Assembly: GCA_963842945.1 (NCBI GenBank)
Contig: CAWJIM010000018.1
Span: 64,001 to 128,000, forward strand
From: an uncultured Gemmatimonadales bacterium
GTDB lineage: Bacteria > Gemmatimonadota > Gemmatimonadetes > Gemmatimonadales > GWC2-71-9
DNA: 64,000 bases
Reading direction: 5' to 3'
Of this stretch, positions 42,460 through 52,877 are shown one piece after another. Under the pieces are notes generated by a model. That model was not told the DNA's origin and made no database searches. It was given only the letters and a program-made list of their open reading frames with translations. The position numbers and the translations under genes were made by a program. Positions within the stretch are counted from its first letter, which is position 1, and every line of letters begins with the position of its first letter.

Positions 42460-44248
42460 TCAGGAGCCCCTGAGCCGATTGGCAGCTCGGACACCGCGCA
42501 TCACAGTGTACCAGCGGTCCGCCTCGGGATACAACCGCTGGAGCTCCTCTCTGCGCCGCCGCTTCTCACCGGGATCGCTAATGGAGGAGATCTTCTCGTA
42601 CTCGGGTCTGGCACGAAGGATCTGGGAAGCTTGATCAAAGGTCCCCAACTGATCGCTGCCTACAAGCCTTTGGGAGGCTTCCTTCAAGCGGATCCACGCC
42701 GACTCGGCTTCGGGCGACAATGACTCCGGCAGCTGAGCCGTCCCGGCTTCCGAACGCAATAAAGCCTCGAACACTTCCCGCAGTCGCGCGGGACTGGAAC
42801 AGAGCGGGACTGAGCTCCGTCCGGGCCCGCTCGATCCAGTCGAGCGAGGCAAACATGGCCTTCAACAATTGGGTCTCTGGACCGGTCCTGGTGCGGGCCG
42901 GAGTGGCGGGCGCGGCGGCGGGTTGTCTCGGCGCCGGGGCCGGTCCACGTCCCACCTGCTGATATCCACTCCGCACCTCTGCCAGCTCCCGCTCCAGCAC
43001 CTCTTTGCTGATCTTGGTTCGCTCCGACGCCAACGAAAGATACAGCTCTCGAGTGATGGGATCTGCTGCCGCGCGAATGGTTGGGAGCAGGCGATCGACC
43101 GCGTCCCGCAGATGCTCGAACCCATCGAAGTAACCCTTCCGCTCCATGATCTGGATCTTGCGCTCGAACACGTCGACCGCGTCGCGGAGAACCTGGTCCA
43201 GCGCATCCACGCCTCCCGACTTGACCAGCGTGTCCGGATCTTCGCCCGGGGGAAGTGTGGCCACCCGGACCCGCACCTGGTGACGCAGCAGCTCGTCGCC
43301 GGCGCGGAAGGTCGCCTTCAGTCCGGCCTGGTCGCTGTCGTACAGGAGGGTAGCGCTCGAAGCGTAGCGCTTGAGCAAGGCCGCCTGGTCCGCGGTGAGC
43401 GCCGTGCCCAGCGGCGCCACCACATGTTCGACGCCGGCCAGCATCAGCCGCAGCACATCGAAGTACCCCTCCACCAGGATCACCAGTTCTTCTTTTCGGA
43501 TCGGCCCCTTGGCCTGGTGCAGATTGTACAGCTGCTTCCCCTTGTGAAATATCGGGGTCTCCGGGGAGTTGAGGTACTTCGGCTCACCCTCGGTGAGTAG
43601 CCGCCCACCGAACCCGACCACTCTGCCCCGGAGATCATGGATGGGAAAGAGCAGGCGGCCGCGAAACCGGGCGCTCACTTGACCATCGTCCCGCTGGGCC
43701 GCAAGGCCCGCTTCAAGCAGGACTGCATGCTCGATCCCCAGTTTCTGCATCGCCTCGAGGAACGCTTTCCCCTGGGGCGCGAAGCCCAGCCCCAATAGAG
43801 CGGCCGTGTCCAGAGGCACGTCGCGGCGCTCCAGATACTCCCGGGCGATTCTGGCATCCGGCAGCTCCAGCAGCTGACGGGCGAACCAGTCGTGCGCCGC
43901 CGCAACCGCCGTGTACAAGGCCTCGTGCGGATCGGGTCCGGCCCGGTCGGGCCGGTCTGGAATGTTTACGCCCACCCGTTTGGCCGCCTCCCGGACCGCA
44001 TCGGGGTAGCCCAGGCCCATGCGTTTCATGAACCAGGAGAATACGTCGCCCGACTCATGGCACACGAAACAGTAGTAACGCCCTTTCTTGGGGATGACCG
44101 TGAAGTTCCGATTGGTACCTCCGTGGAAGGGACACGGTCCCCGGTAATCGGCACCGGTGCGCTTGAGCGAGACCGACTCTCCGATCAGCGCAACCAGGTC
44201 GGTGCTGTCCCGCACCTGCTCGATGGTATCCTCAGGGATCATGCTCAC
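42460..44248 (-). CDS. dnaG: DNA primase (frameshift near 42790)
   Basis: CPFH zinc finger, KYLNSPET, VEGYFD, DSDQAG, DPD. Confidence 0.95.
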
Positions 44249-46695
44249 GCGGAGAACTCGACGATGGTGACTCCGGTCCCGCCCTGATTGCGCGGCGCGA
44301 ACCCGTATCGCGAGATCCGACGGTCCCGCGACACAACTCGGCGGACTCGCTCCCGCACCGCTCCCGTTCCCATGCCGTGAATGATTCTGAGGTACGGCTG
44401 TTCGGCCAACACGGCCGCGTCCACCGCGGCGACGGTGGCGGTCTCGGCCTCGTCGCCGGTCATGCCCCGGAGGTCGATTTCCAGCGGGGCAGCCGGGCCG
44501 CTGGGCAGATGGGCCGAGTCGCTACGCGTCTTTCGCTGCTCGCGTTTGGACACGCTCGAGACGGTCGAAGGATCTGCCACCATCCTTATGGCGCCGGCAG
44601 CAACCACGACTTTCCCATCGGACCGAATCTCGATGACCTCACCGGTACCCCCGGTCTCCAGTCGGACTGTTGAGCCTATCTCCAGCATATCCGCCCCGCT
44701 TCCCCGCTGCCCCGCTTCCCCGCTGTTCACCAACGCCTGCCCCTGCTCCACGATTGCCTCTTCCACCAGCCTCCGCGCCTCACGGGCAGCCGCGTCGTCC
44801 ACCGCACCGCGTGCTTGAGCCAATGCGTCTTCGACCCTCTGCCTTGCCTCCATCAGGTGCGCGCGGGCAAGTCTTCTTCCCTCCCGGTCGGCCTCTTTCT
44901 CCCGCCGCTTCAACTCTGCGTCGCGTGCGGTTTGACTCTCTTCCTGGACTCTGAGTCGCGCATTCAGGGAATCCAGCTCTATCGTCCGCTCCTCCAGCTC
45001 CTGCTGCCTCATTCGCAATTCTCGTTCGCGCTCCTCGACGGCTGCCAGCAAGGCATCCAATCGCCGTTCCGCATCGGGTACCCGGGCCTCAGCGTCGGCC
45101 AGAATTGCCGGACCAACGCCGAGCCGGCGAGCGATGGCCAGGCCATAGGACCGTCCAGGTACACCTTTGAGGAGGCGGTAAGTCGGCGTGAGAGTGGCTG
45201 CGTCGAACTGAAGAGACGCGTTCACGATACCCTCGGTCTGGCTGGCCAGCTCTTTCAGGGCGCCGAGGTGGGTGGTGGCGAGCGTTACCGAACTGCGCTC
45301 AGTCAGGGAGACCAGGGTGGCCGCCGCCAACGCGGCGCCCTCCACTGGATCGGTCCCACTCCCGATCTCGTCCAGCAGCACGAGGGTGGCCTCGTCCGCC
45401 TGATCCAGTACCTGTCGCAGCATGCGAACGTGAGCGCTGAATGTCGAGAGGCTCGCCGCGATCGATTGCTGGTCTCCGATGTCGGCGTACATGCGCCGGA
45501 AGACCGGCAGGGTGCTTCCCTCACCCACCGGCGGGATGATGCCGGAGGCGGCAAGCGCGGCGGCCAGACCGACGGCCTTGAGCAGGACGGTCTTTCCGCC
45601 CGTGTTTGGACCGGTGACCAGCAGAGTGCGTTCGTCCAGCGCGAGCTCCAGGTCGAAGGGGACCACCTCGATCGTTCCCGGCAGGAGAAGCGGGTGTCGC
45701 CCGTTCACGATCCTGAGAGGAGCGGGCGCTTCGGCCACAGCCGGCTTTTCGCCCCCTACCGCGACGGCGTATCTGGAGCGGGCGACCAGATCATCCACCC
45801 CAACGCACATCTCCACGATTTCCCGGAGTACGGTGAAATGCGGTCGGAGCAGGTCGGTGAGCTCCCGGAGCACCCGGAGCGTCTCCCGCTCCTCCTCAAC
45901 CTGAGCCTCACGCAGCGCATTGCCCAGTTCTATGGTCTCCGAGGGCTCGATGAACAGGGTGCCCGCGCTGCCGGACTCGTCGTGGATGATGCCCGGGGGC
46001 CGGCTCCGGGAATCCCGCCGGACCGGGATGACGTAACGGTTTCCCCGCACTGTCACCGAGGCGTCCGAAGGAGTCGAGCCGCTCTCCAGACCGCGAAGCA
46101 GCGTGTCGAGCCGGCGGAGGAGGCGCTGTCGGGCGGCCTGGACTTCGCGCCGGGCGGCGGCCAGCCGGGGACTTGCCGTGTCCAGCAGGTTTCCATCGGG
46201 GTCCACCGATTGATCCAGCCTCCGCTCCAGCGTCTTCTCCGGCAACGGACGCAGCAACTCAGCGGTAAGCGGCGCGAGATGGGCAATGCGCTCGAGATCG
46301 GCGTGAACCGTTCGCGCGGCTCGGAGGACTTGGAGCAGGGCGACCAGGTCCACGCCTTCGAGCACGCTTCCATTGATGCGTAGCCGGGCGAGGACCTGGG
46401 TGACGTCGGGGATCGCTTCGGAGACTAAACCGTCACCCCGGCGAAAGAGGCCGGCCACCTCGCCCACCCGGTCAAGCTCGGCTCGAATCCAGTTCAGGCC
46501 TTGCGTGGGGCGCCGGCTCCGGACCCGCGCGGCGCCGAGCGGGCCCGCTGCGTGCTCGGCGACCAGATCGAGCACCGCCTGGAATTCGATGGTCTCCAGC
46601 GCGTCGGCAATCTGCGTCTCCGGCAACGGCGACGGGGTGCCGCCCTTGATCTGGGCCGGCACCCCGTCGGGAGAGAGGAATTCCACCTGCGCCAT
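44245..46695 (-). CDS. mutS2: endonuclease MutS2
   Basis: TGPNTGGKT, SLSTFSAH, DEIGSGTDP, Smr IIHGMGTG. Confidence 0.95.
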   Translation of the reverse strand: MAQVEFLSPDGVPAQIKGGTPSPLPETQIADALETIEFQAVLDLVAEHAAGPLGAARVRSRRPTQGLNWIRAELDRVGEVAGLFRRGDGLVSEAIPDVTQVLARLRINGSVLEGVDLVALLQVLRAARTVHADLERIAHLAPLTAELLRPLPEKTLERRLDQSVDPDGNLLDTASPRLAAARREVQAARQRLLRRLDTLLRGLESGSTPSDASVTVRGNRYVIPVRRDSRSRPPGIIHDESGSAGTLFIEPSETIELGNALREAQVEEERETLRVLRELTDLLRPHFTVLREIVEMCVGVDDLVARSRYAVAVGGEKPAVAEAPAPLRIVNGRHPLLLPGTIEVVPFDLELALDERTLLVTGPNTGGKTVLLKAVGLAAALAASGIIPPVGEGSTLPVFRRMYADIGDQQSIAASLSTFSAHVRMLRQVLDQADEATLVLLDEIGSGTDPVEGAALAAATLVSLTERSSVTLATTHLGALKELASQTEGIVNASLQFDAATLTPTYRLLKGVPGRSYGLAIARRLGVGPAILADAEARVPDAERRLDALLAAVEERERELRMRQQELEERTIELDSLNARLRVQEESQTARDAELKRREKEADREGRRLARAHLMEARQRVEDALAQARGAVDDAAAREARRLVEEAIVEQGQALVNSGEAGQRGSGADMLEIGSTVRLETGGTGEVIEIRSDGKVVVAAGAIRMVADPSTVSSVSKREQRKTRSDSAHLPSGPAAPLEIDLRGMTGDEAETATVAAVDAAVLAEQPYLRIIHGMGTGAVRERVRRVVSRDRRISRYGFAPRNQGGTGVTIVEFSA

Positions 46696-47153
46696 CAGCC
46701 GGCCTGCAGCTCCTCACGCACAATCTGGTTGATCAACTTTCCGTCGGCCCGGCCCTTGTACTTCGGCAACACTTGGGACATGACCTTGCCGATGTCCTTG
46801 GCGCCAGCCCCGATCGCACTCCGGACTGCGGCGCGAATCTCCTCCGGATCGACCGCCGGTGGCAGGAACTCCTCCAGAATCTTGATCTGGCCCGCCTCGG
46901 CCTCCGCCAGATCCGGCCGGGCGGCGCTGGTGTACTGCTCCACGGCCTCCCGGCGGATCTTGATGCCCTTGCGGAGGACATCGGTTACCTCATCGTCGGT
47001 GGCGGGCCGGCGGAGCTCGATCTCTCGATTCTTCAGGTTGGCCAGGATCGTACCGAGGACCAGGGTGCGTACTTTATCCTGCGCCTTACGCGCGGCGTTC
47101 AACGCGGCGCGCAGGGTTGAGGCAAGGTCAGACGCGGGGGACACGCGGACCAC
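46695..47153 (-). CDS. GatB/YqeY domain protein
   Basis: KDIGKVM..GRADGK; downstream of rpsU. Confidence 0.9.
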   Translation of the reverse strand: MVRVSPASDLASTLRAALNAARKAQDKVRTLVLGTILANLKNREIELRRPATDDEVTDVLRKGIKIRREAVEQYTSAARPDLAEAEAGQIKILEEFLPPAVDPEEIRAAVRSAIGAGAKDIGKVMSQVLPKYKGRADGKLINQIVREELQAG

Positions 47154-47325
47154 GGCGGCTCTTGCGGACTGCGGCGCTCATTTTCCGCTTCCGCTTTTCG
47201 CTCGGCTTTTCGAAGTGACGGTGCTTGCGAAGATCCGACAGAATTCCGGCTTTTTCGCACTTCTTCTTGAACCGCTTTAGTGCCCGCTCGAAGCTCTCGT
47301 CATCGTGAATGATGACCTCTGGCAT
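47128..47325 (-). CDS. rpsU: 30S ribosomal protein S21
   Basis: [23 protein letters not shown]. Confidence 0.96.
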   Translation of the reverse strand: MPEVIIHDDESFERALKRFKKKCEKAGILSDLRKHRHFEKPSEKRKRKMSAAVRKSRRGPRVPRV

Positions 47326-47428
47326 TCGCTTACTCACCCCTCTCGGCCCGGTAAGGGCAGAAATTCTAAGAAGTTGGAAAATTATTGGCTGTCCGGCTGG
47401 AGTCAAATATTGTGCGAGAATGATGCCA

Positions 47429-47776
47429 TCACCCTGGAGGCCAACTCAACTTTCTTCCACCAAGCAAATGAAAATGCAGATGATCGACGCTCTGGCCAGC
47501 ATTCTTTCCCGTGTTCGTCACAATCCGGTAGCCATCACGGTCGAGACCTTGCTCGGCTGCCACCTCGGCGGCAAAGGCGAGGAGCCGGCCCAGCAAACGC
47601 TCTCCGTCTGGGCCTTCAGCGTTCCGGACGGCTGCCACGTGGCTGGTGGGAATCACCAGCACGTGCACCGGCGCCTTGGCATCGATGTCCCGGAAGGCCA
47701 GCGCTTCGTCCGAACGCTTGACGATCGTAGCCGGAATCTCTCCGGCCACGATCCGGCAAAACAGGCAGTCAGCCAT
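47429..47776 (-). CDS. HIT (histidine triad) protein
   Basis: CLFC, HLHFH. Confidence 0.95.
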   Translation of the reverse strand: MADCLFCRIVAGEIPATIVKRSDEALAFRDIDAKAPVHVLVIPTSHVAAVRNAEGPDGERLLGRLLAFAAEVAAEQGLDRDGYRIVTNTGKNAGQSVDHLHFHLLGGRKLSWPPG

Positions 47777-48479
47777 GGGCGCTCCGCATCCGGGCGTGGG
47801 TCACCGCCGCAGCGGCGGCAAGGGCGGCGGTCTCGAAGCGAAGGGTGTGGAGGCCCAGGCTCACGAGCCGGTAGCCCGCCGCAACTGCGGTCTCCCGCTC
47901 AGTCGAGGTCAGTCCGCCCTCCGGGCCTATGATAACCGTCACCGCCCCAGCATCCAGCGATGCCGGAGCCGGAGCACCGCACTCATCCGCCAGCCACGCC
48001 GTGCCATCCACCGGTTCTCTCGCGAATGCGCCGAGCGTCTTGGGAGGATCGACGGCGGGGACCCAGGCGGCGCCACATTGTTTGATGGCGTCCAGCGCCG
48101 AGCGGCGGAGCCGGTCCAGGTGAATGTCCTTCAATCGGGTGGCCACTCCGCCAGTCCGCTCGCTCTGGAGCGGGACGATTCTGGTCACTCCCAGCTCGAC
48201 CGATTTCTCCACCATCCAGGAAAACCGGTCCCGGTCGCCCATGGCAACCGCTAGCGTGAGGGGCGCCGAAGGGGGCTGCAGCTGGGCGGAGCCAATCTCC
48301 ACCATCCATTCACGCCCCGATTGGATCAGGGTTCCCGTTCCCATGAAGCCAGCGCCATCCAGGACCTCTACCGTTTCTCCATCCCGGGCGCGCCTGACCT
48401 TCAGATGATGTGCCTCGTGTTCATCCAGGCCGACCCGCTTCCCCGCTCCCCCGGTTCCCCCCGGTATGACCACCTTCAT
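47769..48479 (-). CDS. rsmE: 16S rRNA m3U1498 methyltransferase
   Basis: EKSVELGV, IGPEGG, LRFETA. Confidence 0.93.
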   Translation of the reverse strand: MKVVIPGGTGGAGKRVGLDEHEAHHLKVRRARDGETVEVLDGAGFMGTGTLIQSGREWMVEIGSAQLQPPSAPLTLAVAMGDRDRFSWMVEKSVELGVTRIVPLQSERTGGVATRLKDIHLDRLRRSALDAIKQCGAAWVPAVDPPKTLGAFAREPVDGTAWLADECGAPAPASLDAGAVTVIIGPEGGLTSTERETAVAAGYRLVSLGLHTLRFETAALAAAAAVTHARMRSAHG

Positions 48480-49312
48480 TCCGGGCGCTCGGCAGCCACC
48501 CCCCACCACCCTGCGTCGAGTGTCTCCTGAACTACGCTGAATCCGGCGGCGATGAGATCGCGGCGGAACTGGTCGGCCTCGCTCTGCTCCATTCCGGAGA
48601 AGATGGCAAGGGCTCCCGGCCGGAGTGATGCCGCGATCAGCGGCAGAAGGGTGGTGTTGACGGTCCGCAGAATATTGGAGAGCAGGAGATCGGCCGGACC
48701 GGCCAGGGGAGCCAGGGTCCCGGCGTCGCCCTCGAGAAACTCTACCCGTTCGTCCACGCCGTTCCGGGCAGCATTGCGATGGGCCACCTCGTTCGCTTCG
48801 GCGTCGATCTCGATGCCGATCGCCCTCGCTGCGCCGAGCTTGATGGCGGCTATGGTAAGGATGCCACTCCCGCTTCCGAGGTCGAGCACCCGGTCGCCCG
48901 GTTTGATCAGCCGGCTCAGCAGAGTCAGCGCCGCGCGGGTAGATCCGTGCTCGCCGCTGCCGAACGCGGTTTCGGGGTCGAGCACGACGGTGAGCGGGTC
49001 CGGATCCGCGGCCTCGGGCAACCAGGATGGGACAATCGTGAGTCGGCCCAGCTGACGGGGGCCCAGCCCTTCGCGCCAGCGGGTGGACCAGTCCTCCGCC
49101 TCGATTGGGTGGCGCTCGGTCTCTACTGGTCCGTCCCCGCTTCGGTCCAGCTCGCGGACAAGGGCATTGGCCGCGTCTTCGTCCGGCGCAAAGGCGACCA
49201 GCGTGCCATCGTCACGCTCTTCCACCGCCTGACCGGTTCGTGCCACCAGCCAGGCACCCAACACCTCTCTGCGATCGGCGGCTGCCCGAACGTCGATGGC
49301 CCACCAGCTCAT
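48476..49312 (-). CDS. prmA: ribosomal protein L11 methyltransferase
   Basis: DPETAFGSGEH, DLGSGSGIL; follows dnaJ. Confidence 0.92.
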   Translation of the reverse strand: MSWWAIDVRAAADRREVLGAWLVARTGQAVEERDDGTLVAFAPDEDAANALVRELDRSGDGPVETERHPIEAEDWSTRWREGLGPRQLGRLTIVPSWLPEAADPDPLTVVLDPETAFGSGEHGSTRAALTLLSRLIKPGDRVLDLGSGSGILTIAAIKLGAARAIGIEIDAEANEVAHRNAARNGVDERVEFLEGDAGTLAPLAGPADLLLSNILRTVNTTLLPLIAASLRPGALAIFSGMEQSEADQFRRDLIAAGFSVVQETLDAGWWGVAAERPE

Positions 49313-50439
49313 GCGCCGAGCGCCTCCTTGAGCTTGGACCAGAAGCCGGGCGCGCGCTTGGGTGCCTCTCCTTCGAGCTTGGCAAGCTCGCGGAAAAGCC
49401 GCTCCTGCTCGTCCGTGAGGCGCTCCGGCGTCCACACATGTACTCGCACCAGGAGGTCACCCTTGCTGTCCTGTCCCAGGACCGGAAGTCCCTTTCCCCG
49501 AAGCCGGAGCACCGTCTCCGGCTGAGTACCGGGAGGAATCCGAAGCCGCTCTTCGCCGTACGGCGTGGGCACCTCGTGCTCACCGCCGAGCGCCGCCTGG
49601 GAAAATGCGAGCGGAAGGTCGAAGATCAGGTCGTCGCCCTGACGCTCGAACCGATCGTCCTCCTTGATATCCAGCATCACGAGGAGATCGCCGCTGGGCC
49701 CGTTGCGCGGGCCGGCCGCACCCTGTCCCCTAAGCGTCAGATAGTTGTTGGTGGACACGCCGGCGGGGATATCCACCGTCACACTGCGGTCGCCCCGCAC
49801 CCGGCCCTCGCCCCGGCAGACGTCACAGGTCTCGCGAATGACGCTGCCCTCCCCGCCACAGGTGGGACATGGTGCCACCGAGATGAACTGCCCGAACATG
49901 CTGCGGGTGGCGCGGCGGACCTCGCCGCTCCCGTTGCAGGTGCCGCAGGTGGTCGGCTTGGTCCCGGGCTTCGCTCCGGTGCCCTCGCAGGTGGTACAAC
50001 GCTCCAGACTCTTGAGCTTGACCGTCTTCTTGGCGCCGAGGGCGACCTCCTGCAGTGTGAGCCGAACGGTCACCCGGATGTCCTGGCCCCGCCGCTCTTC
50101 CGCCCTGGTCCGCCGGCCGCCGAAGAGGCCCTCGAGGCCACCCATGGCGCCGAAATCGCGCATGAAGATGTTCAGCGCTTCGCTCAGATCCACGTGGTGA
50201 AAGCCGAAGCCACCGGCAGCTCCGCCGATCCCGGCCCTGCCGTAGCGATCGTAGGCTGCCCGTTTCTGCGGATCGCGCAGGATCTCGTACGCCTCGGTGA
50301 TCTCCTTGAACTTCGCCTCTGCTTCCGGCGACTGGTTCCGGTCCGGATGGTATTCCATCGCCAGCTTCCGGTAGGCCTTCTTGATCTCGGCTTCGGAAGC
50401 GTCCCGGGAGACACCGAGCAGGGCGTAGAATTCGCTCAC
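49309..50439 (-). CDS. dnaJ: chaperone DnaJ
   Basis: HPD, four CxxCxGxG repeats. Confidence 0.98.
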   Translation of the reverse strand: MSEFYALLGVSRDASEAEIKKAYRKLAMEYHPDRNQSPEAEAKFKEITEAYEILRDPQKRAAYDRYGRAGIGGAAGGFGFHHVDLSEALNIFMRDFGAMGGLEGLFGGRRTRAEERRGQDIRVTVRLTLQEVALGAKKTVKLKSLERCTTCEGTGAKPGTKPTTCGTCNGSGEVRRATRSMFGQFISVAPCPTCGGEGSVIRETCDVCRGEGRVRGDRSVTVDIPAGVSTNNYLTLRGQGAAGPRNGPSGDLLVMLDIKEDDRFERQGDDLIFDLPLAFSQAALGGEHEVPTPYGEERLRIPPGTQPETVLRLRGKGLPVLGQDSKGDLLVRVHVWTPERLTDEQERLFRELAKLEGEAPKRAPGFWSKLKEALGA

Positions 50440-51471
50440 TCCAGCAATCCTTCCACCAGACGGCTGGTATGCTCCACCAGGCCGATGATTTTGTCGTAGG
50501 GCATGCGGGTAGGGCCCATCACTCCGATAACACCCTTCAGGCTGCCGGCCTCGTAGGAGGAGGTGACCAGGGTAAAGTCGCTGAGCCTGGCATCGGGATT
50601 TTCGGCCCCGATGGTCACGGAAAGCCCCCGCTGCCGGCGGGATTCCAGCGCCTGTTTCAGGAGATCGCGTCCCTCGGTGAGCCGGAGGAGCTCGCGCATC
50701 CGGGCGTTGGAGGCGAACTCCGGCTGATCCGCCAGCATTTGGGCGCTACCCAGCACCACCCCATACTCGTCCGTTCGACAGATCGAAGAGACCATCGCCC
50801 TCGGCGATGAAGATGTTGAGCAGCTCGCGATCGTCCTCGCTCCCGCAGTCCCGTAGCCGCTCGGAAAGCGTCGCCCGAATATCCTTGAGGGTGAGTCCAG
50901 CCAGCCGCTGATTGAGGATCTTCGCCACCTGCTGCACGGCGTTGGGAGCCACTACCCGGGGGACTTCCACGAAGATCGTGCGGACCACACCGCTCCGGAG
51001 ATTGAACACCAGGAGCAGGCGTTCGGAGCTCACCTGAACCAGCTCGAGTCGCTCCAGCACCACCTGATCCAGAGCGGGCGCCACCGCCACGCCCAGCTCC
51101 TGGGTAAGAACTCCGAGGACCTGGGCGGCTCGCCGGAGAATCTCTTCTACCGCACTACGGGGGACTGCCAGCTCCGCTCGCAGCGTGTGCTGTTGCTCGT
51201 GACTCGGGGGAGACAGCCGCATGATGGCATCCACATACACCCGATAGGCCCGGTCGGTGGGGATCCGCCCGGCGGAGGTGTGCGGATGAAAGAGGAAGCC
51301 CTTGTCTTCCAGTTCGCTCATGGTGTTGCGAATCGTGGCTGGAGAGACGCCCAGACCGAACTTCCGGGCAATCGTCTGACTGCCCGCCGGCTCGGCGGTC
51401 TCGATATACGTCTGCACCACGGCTTCGAGCACCCGAAGCTCGCGCTCGCTCAACTGCTCTGATAGCGGCAT
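50436..51471 (-). CDS. hrcA: heat-inducible repressor HrcA (frameshift near 50770)
   Basis: SPATIRN.M, PHTSAGRIPT, GPTRMPY. Confidence 0.95.
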
Positions 51472-51480
51472 GGAACAAAT

Positions 51481-52579
51481 CTAGACGGAGGCTACCAAGG
51501 CGTCCAAACGGAGCCAACCTTCCGGGGTGAGCCGGATCCGGCCGTCCTGGAGCTCCGCCCACCCGCTTCTGATCCAGGTAGTTCGGAGGGCAGACGCAAT
51601 GCTATGCTCTGGCAGCCCGTCCCTGGTTCGGAGGCCCAAGTACAGCTCCTCCAACCGGATGGCCGATTCGTCCAGCTCCTCCCGGCCGCCCAGGGGTGAG
51701 CCTCCTGCCTGCAGCGCGCGCTCGTATTCGGCCCATTCCCTGACGTTCCACCGGCGTTGCCGGCCGAAGCCACTGTGGGCCGAGGGCCCCAGCCCAATGA
51801 AGGGTGCTCGTTTCCAGTAGGCCGAGTTGTGCCGGGCGCGGCGCCCGGGTAGTGCGGCGTTGGAGACCTCGTAGTGATCGTACCCCCGCTGGCGAGATCG
51901 CCTGATGGGCGGCCAGAAACTCCGCGGCATAGCGCTCCTCGTCCACCGGGGTCAGCTCGCCTCGGCCGGCTCTATGACCCAGCACGGTGTGGGGCTCGAC
52001 TGTGAGGCCGTAGAACGAGAGATGCTCCGGTTCCAGGCCGAACGCGAGGTTCAGGTCTGTTTCCCAGTCCCTGGCGAGGTCGGCCGGAAGGCCGAAAATC
52101 AGATCCAGCGAGAGGTCCTGAAACCCGGCGCAGCGGAGCGCCTCCACCGCGGAGGGTACCTGCTCGGCCGTGTGGACCCGGTGCATCCACTGGAGCACCG
52201 CGGGATCAAATGATTGGACTCCCAACGAAATCCGGTTCACCCCCGCGGCTCGCCAGGAGGCCGATACCGGAAGGGTCACGTCATCGGGGTTGGCTTCCAA
52301 CGTGATCTCGGCGTTCGCCGCAAGTGGCCGGTCGCGGGTGAAGCGGTCGAGCAGTCGGGCGATGGCGTCGGGCGGGACCCGGGACGGCGTGCCTCCACCG
52401 AAGTAGATGGTTTCAATGGCGGGCGATTCATCCCAGACCGGATCTTCCAACCAGAGGGCCCATTCGTCGAGGACTGCGTGGGTGTACGCGGCGGACGGGA
52501 CCTCCCGCCTGACCGCGATGGCAAAGTCGCAGTAGCTGCAGCGCCGGGCGCAAAATGGGACGTGGACATACACGTGCAT
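51481..52579 (-). CDS. hemW: radical SAM heme chaperone HemW (frameshift near 51900)
   Basis: HVPFCARRCSYCDF, GGGTPS, YEVSN, HNSAYW. Confidence 0.92.
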
Positions 52580-52639
52580 GCCTGAATGTAGGCCCCACAT
52601 GGGCGTGGAGGGCAAATAGCCTTGAATGGTCGTATGAGG

Positions 52640-52865
52640 GTGAGCCGGGTGGGCACTCGCGCAGGCTCCGCGACAACCGCTACTCCACCCCCCTGGGAGC
52701 CTGCGGCTCGCACCCACCCGGCTCACGCTGGTGCATGCTGACAAGTCGATCTCAGCGACTCTGAGACCATGCAAATGGAATGGGGATGGGTTCGATGGCA
52801 GCGTCCCAGGGGAAGGGTTGCGTGGTTGTCGCGGACGCTGCCCGAGGACCCATCCCCATTCCATT
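52640..52865. repeat. pair of inverted ~90-nt hairpin elements with conserved loop
   Basis: 52640-52726 (minus) and 52774-52865 (plus) share TCCCAGGGG-N11-GGTTGTCGCGGA closed by covarying stems. Confidence 0.75.
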
Positions 52866-52877
52866 CCCTACCCTGCT

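Noticed and set aside
14569..46383. Long plus-strand ORFs (e.g. 14569..15852, 25153..26541, 44815..46383)
   Set aside because: Antisense shadows of well-supported genes in high-GC DNA, with no recognisable motifs
16943..52579. Pseudogenes or programmed frameshifts in dxs, ispA, pheT, pheS, pta, dnaG, hrcA, hemW
   Set aside because: Several are essential genes, indels are scattered and no consistent slippery motif is seen; sequencing error is more likely
51465..52700. CIRCE element for hrcA
   Set aside because: No TTAGCACTC-N9-GAGTGCTAA; only a GGCACTC half-match near 52652
52640..52865. 6S RNA or simple terminators as the explanation for the hairpin pair
   Set aside because: Compensatory changes favour two local hairpins over one long rod; no U-tracts; not formally excluded without cmscan
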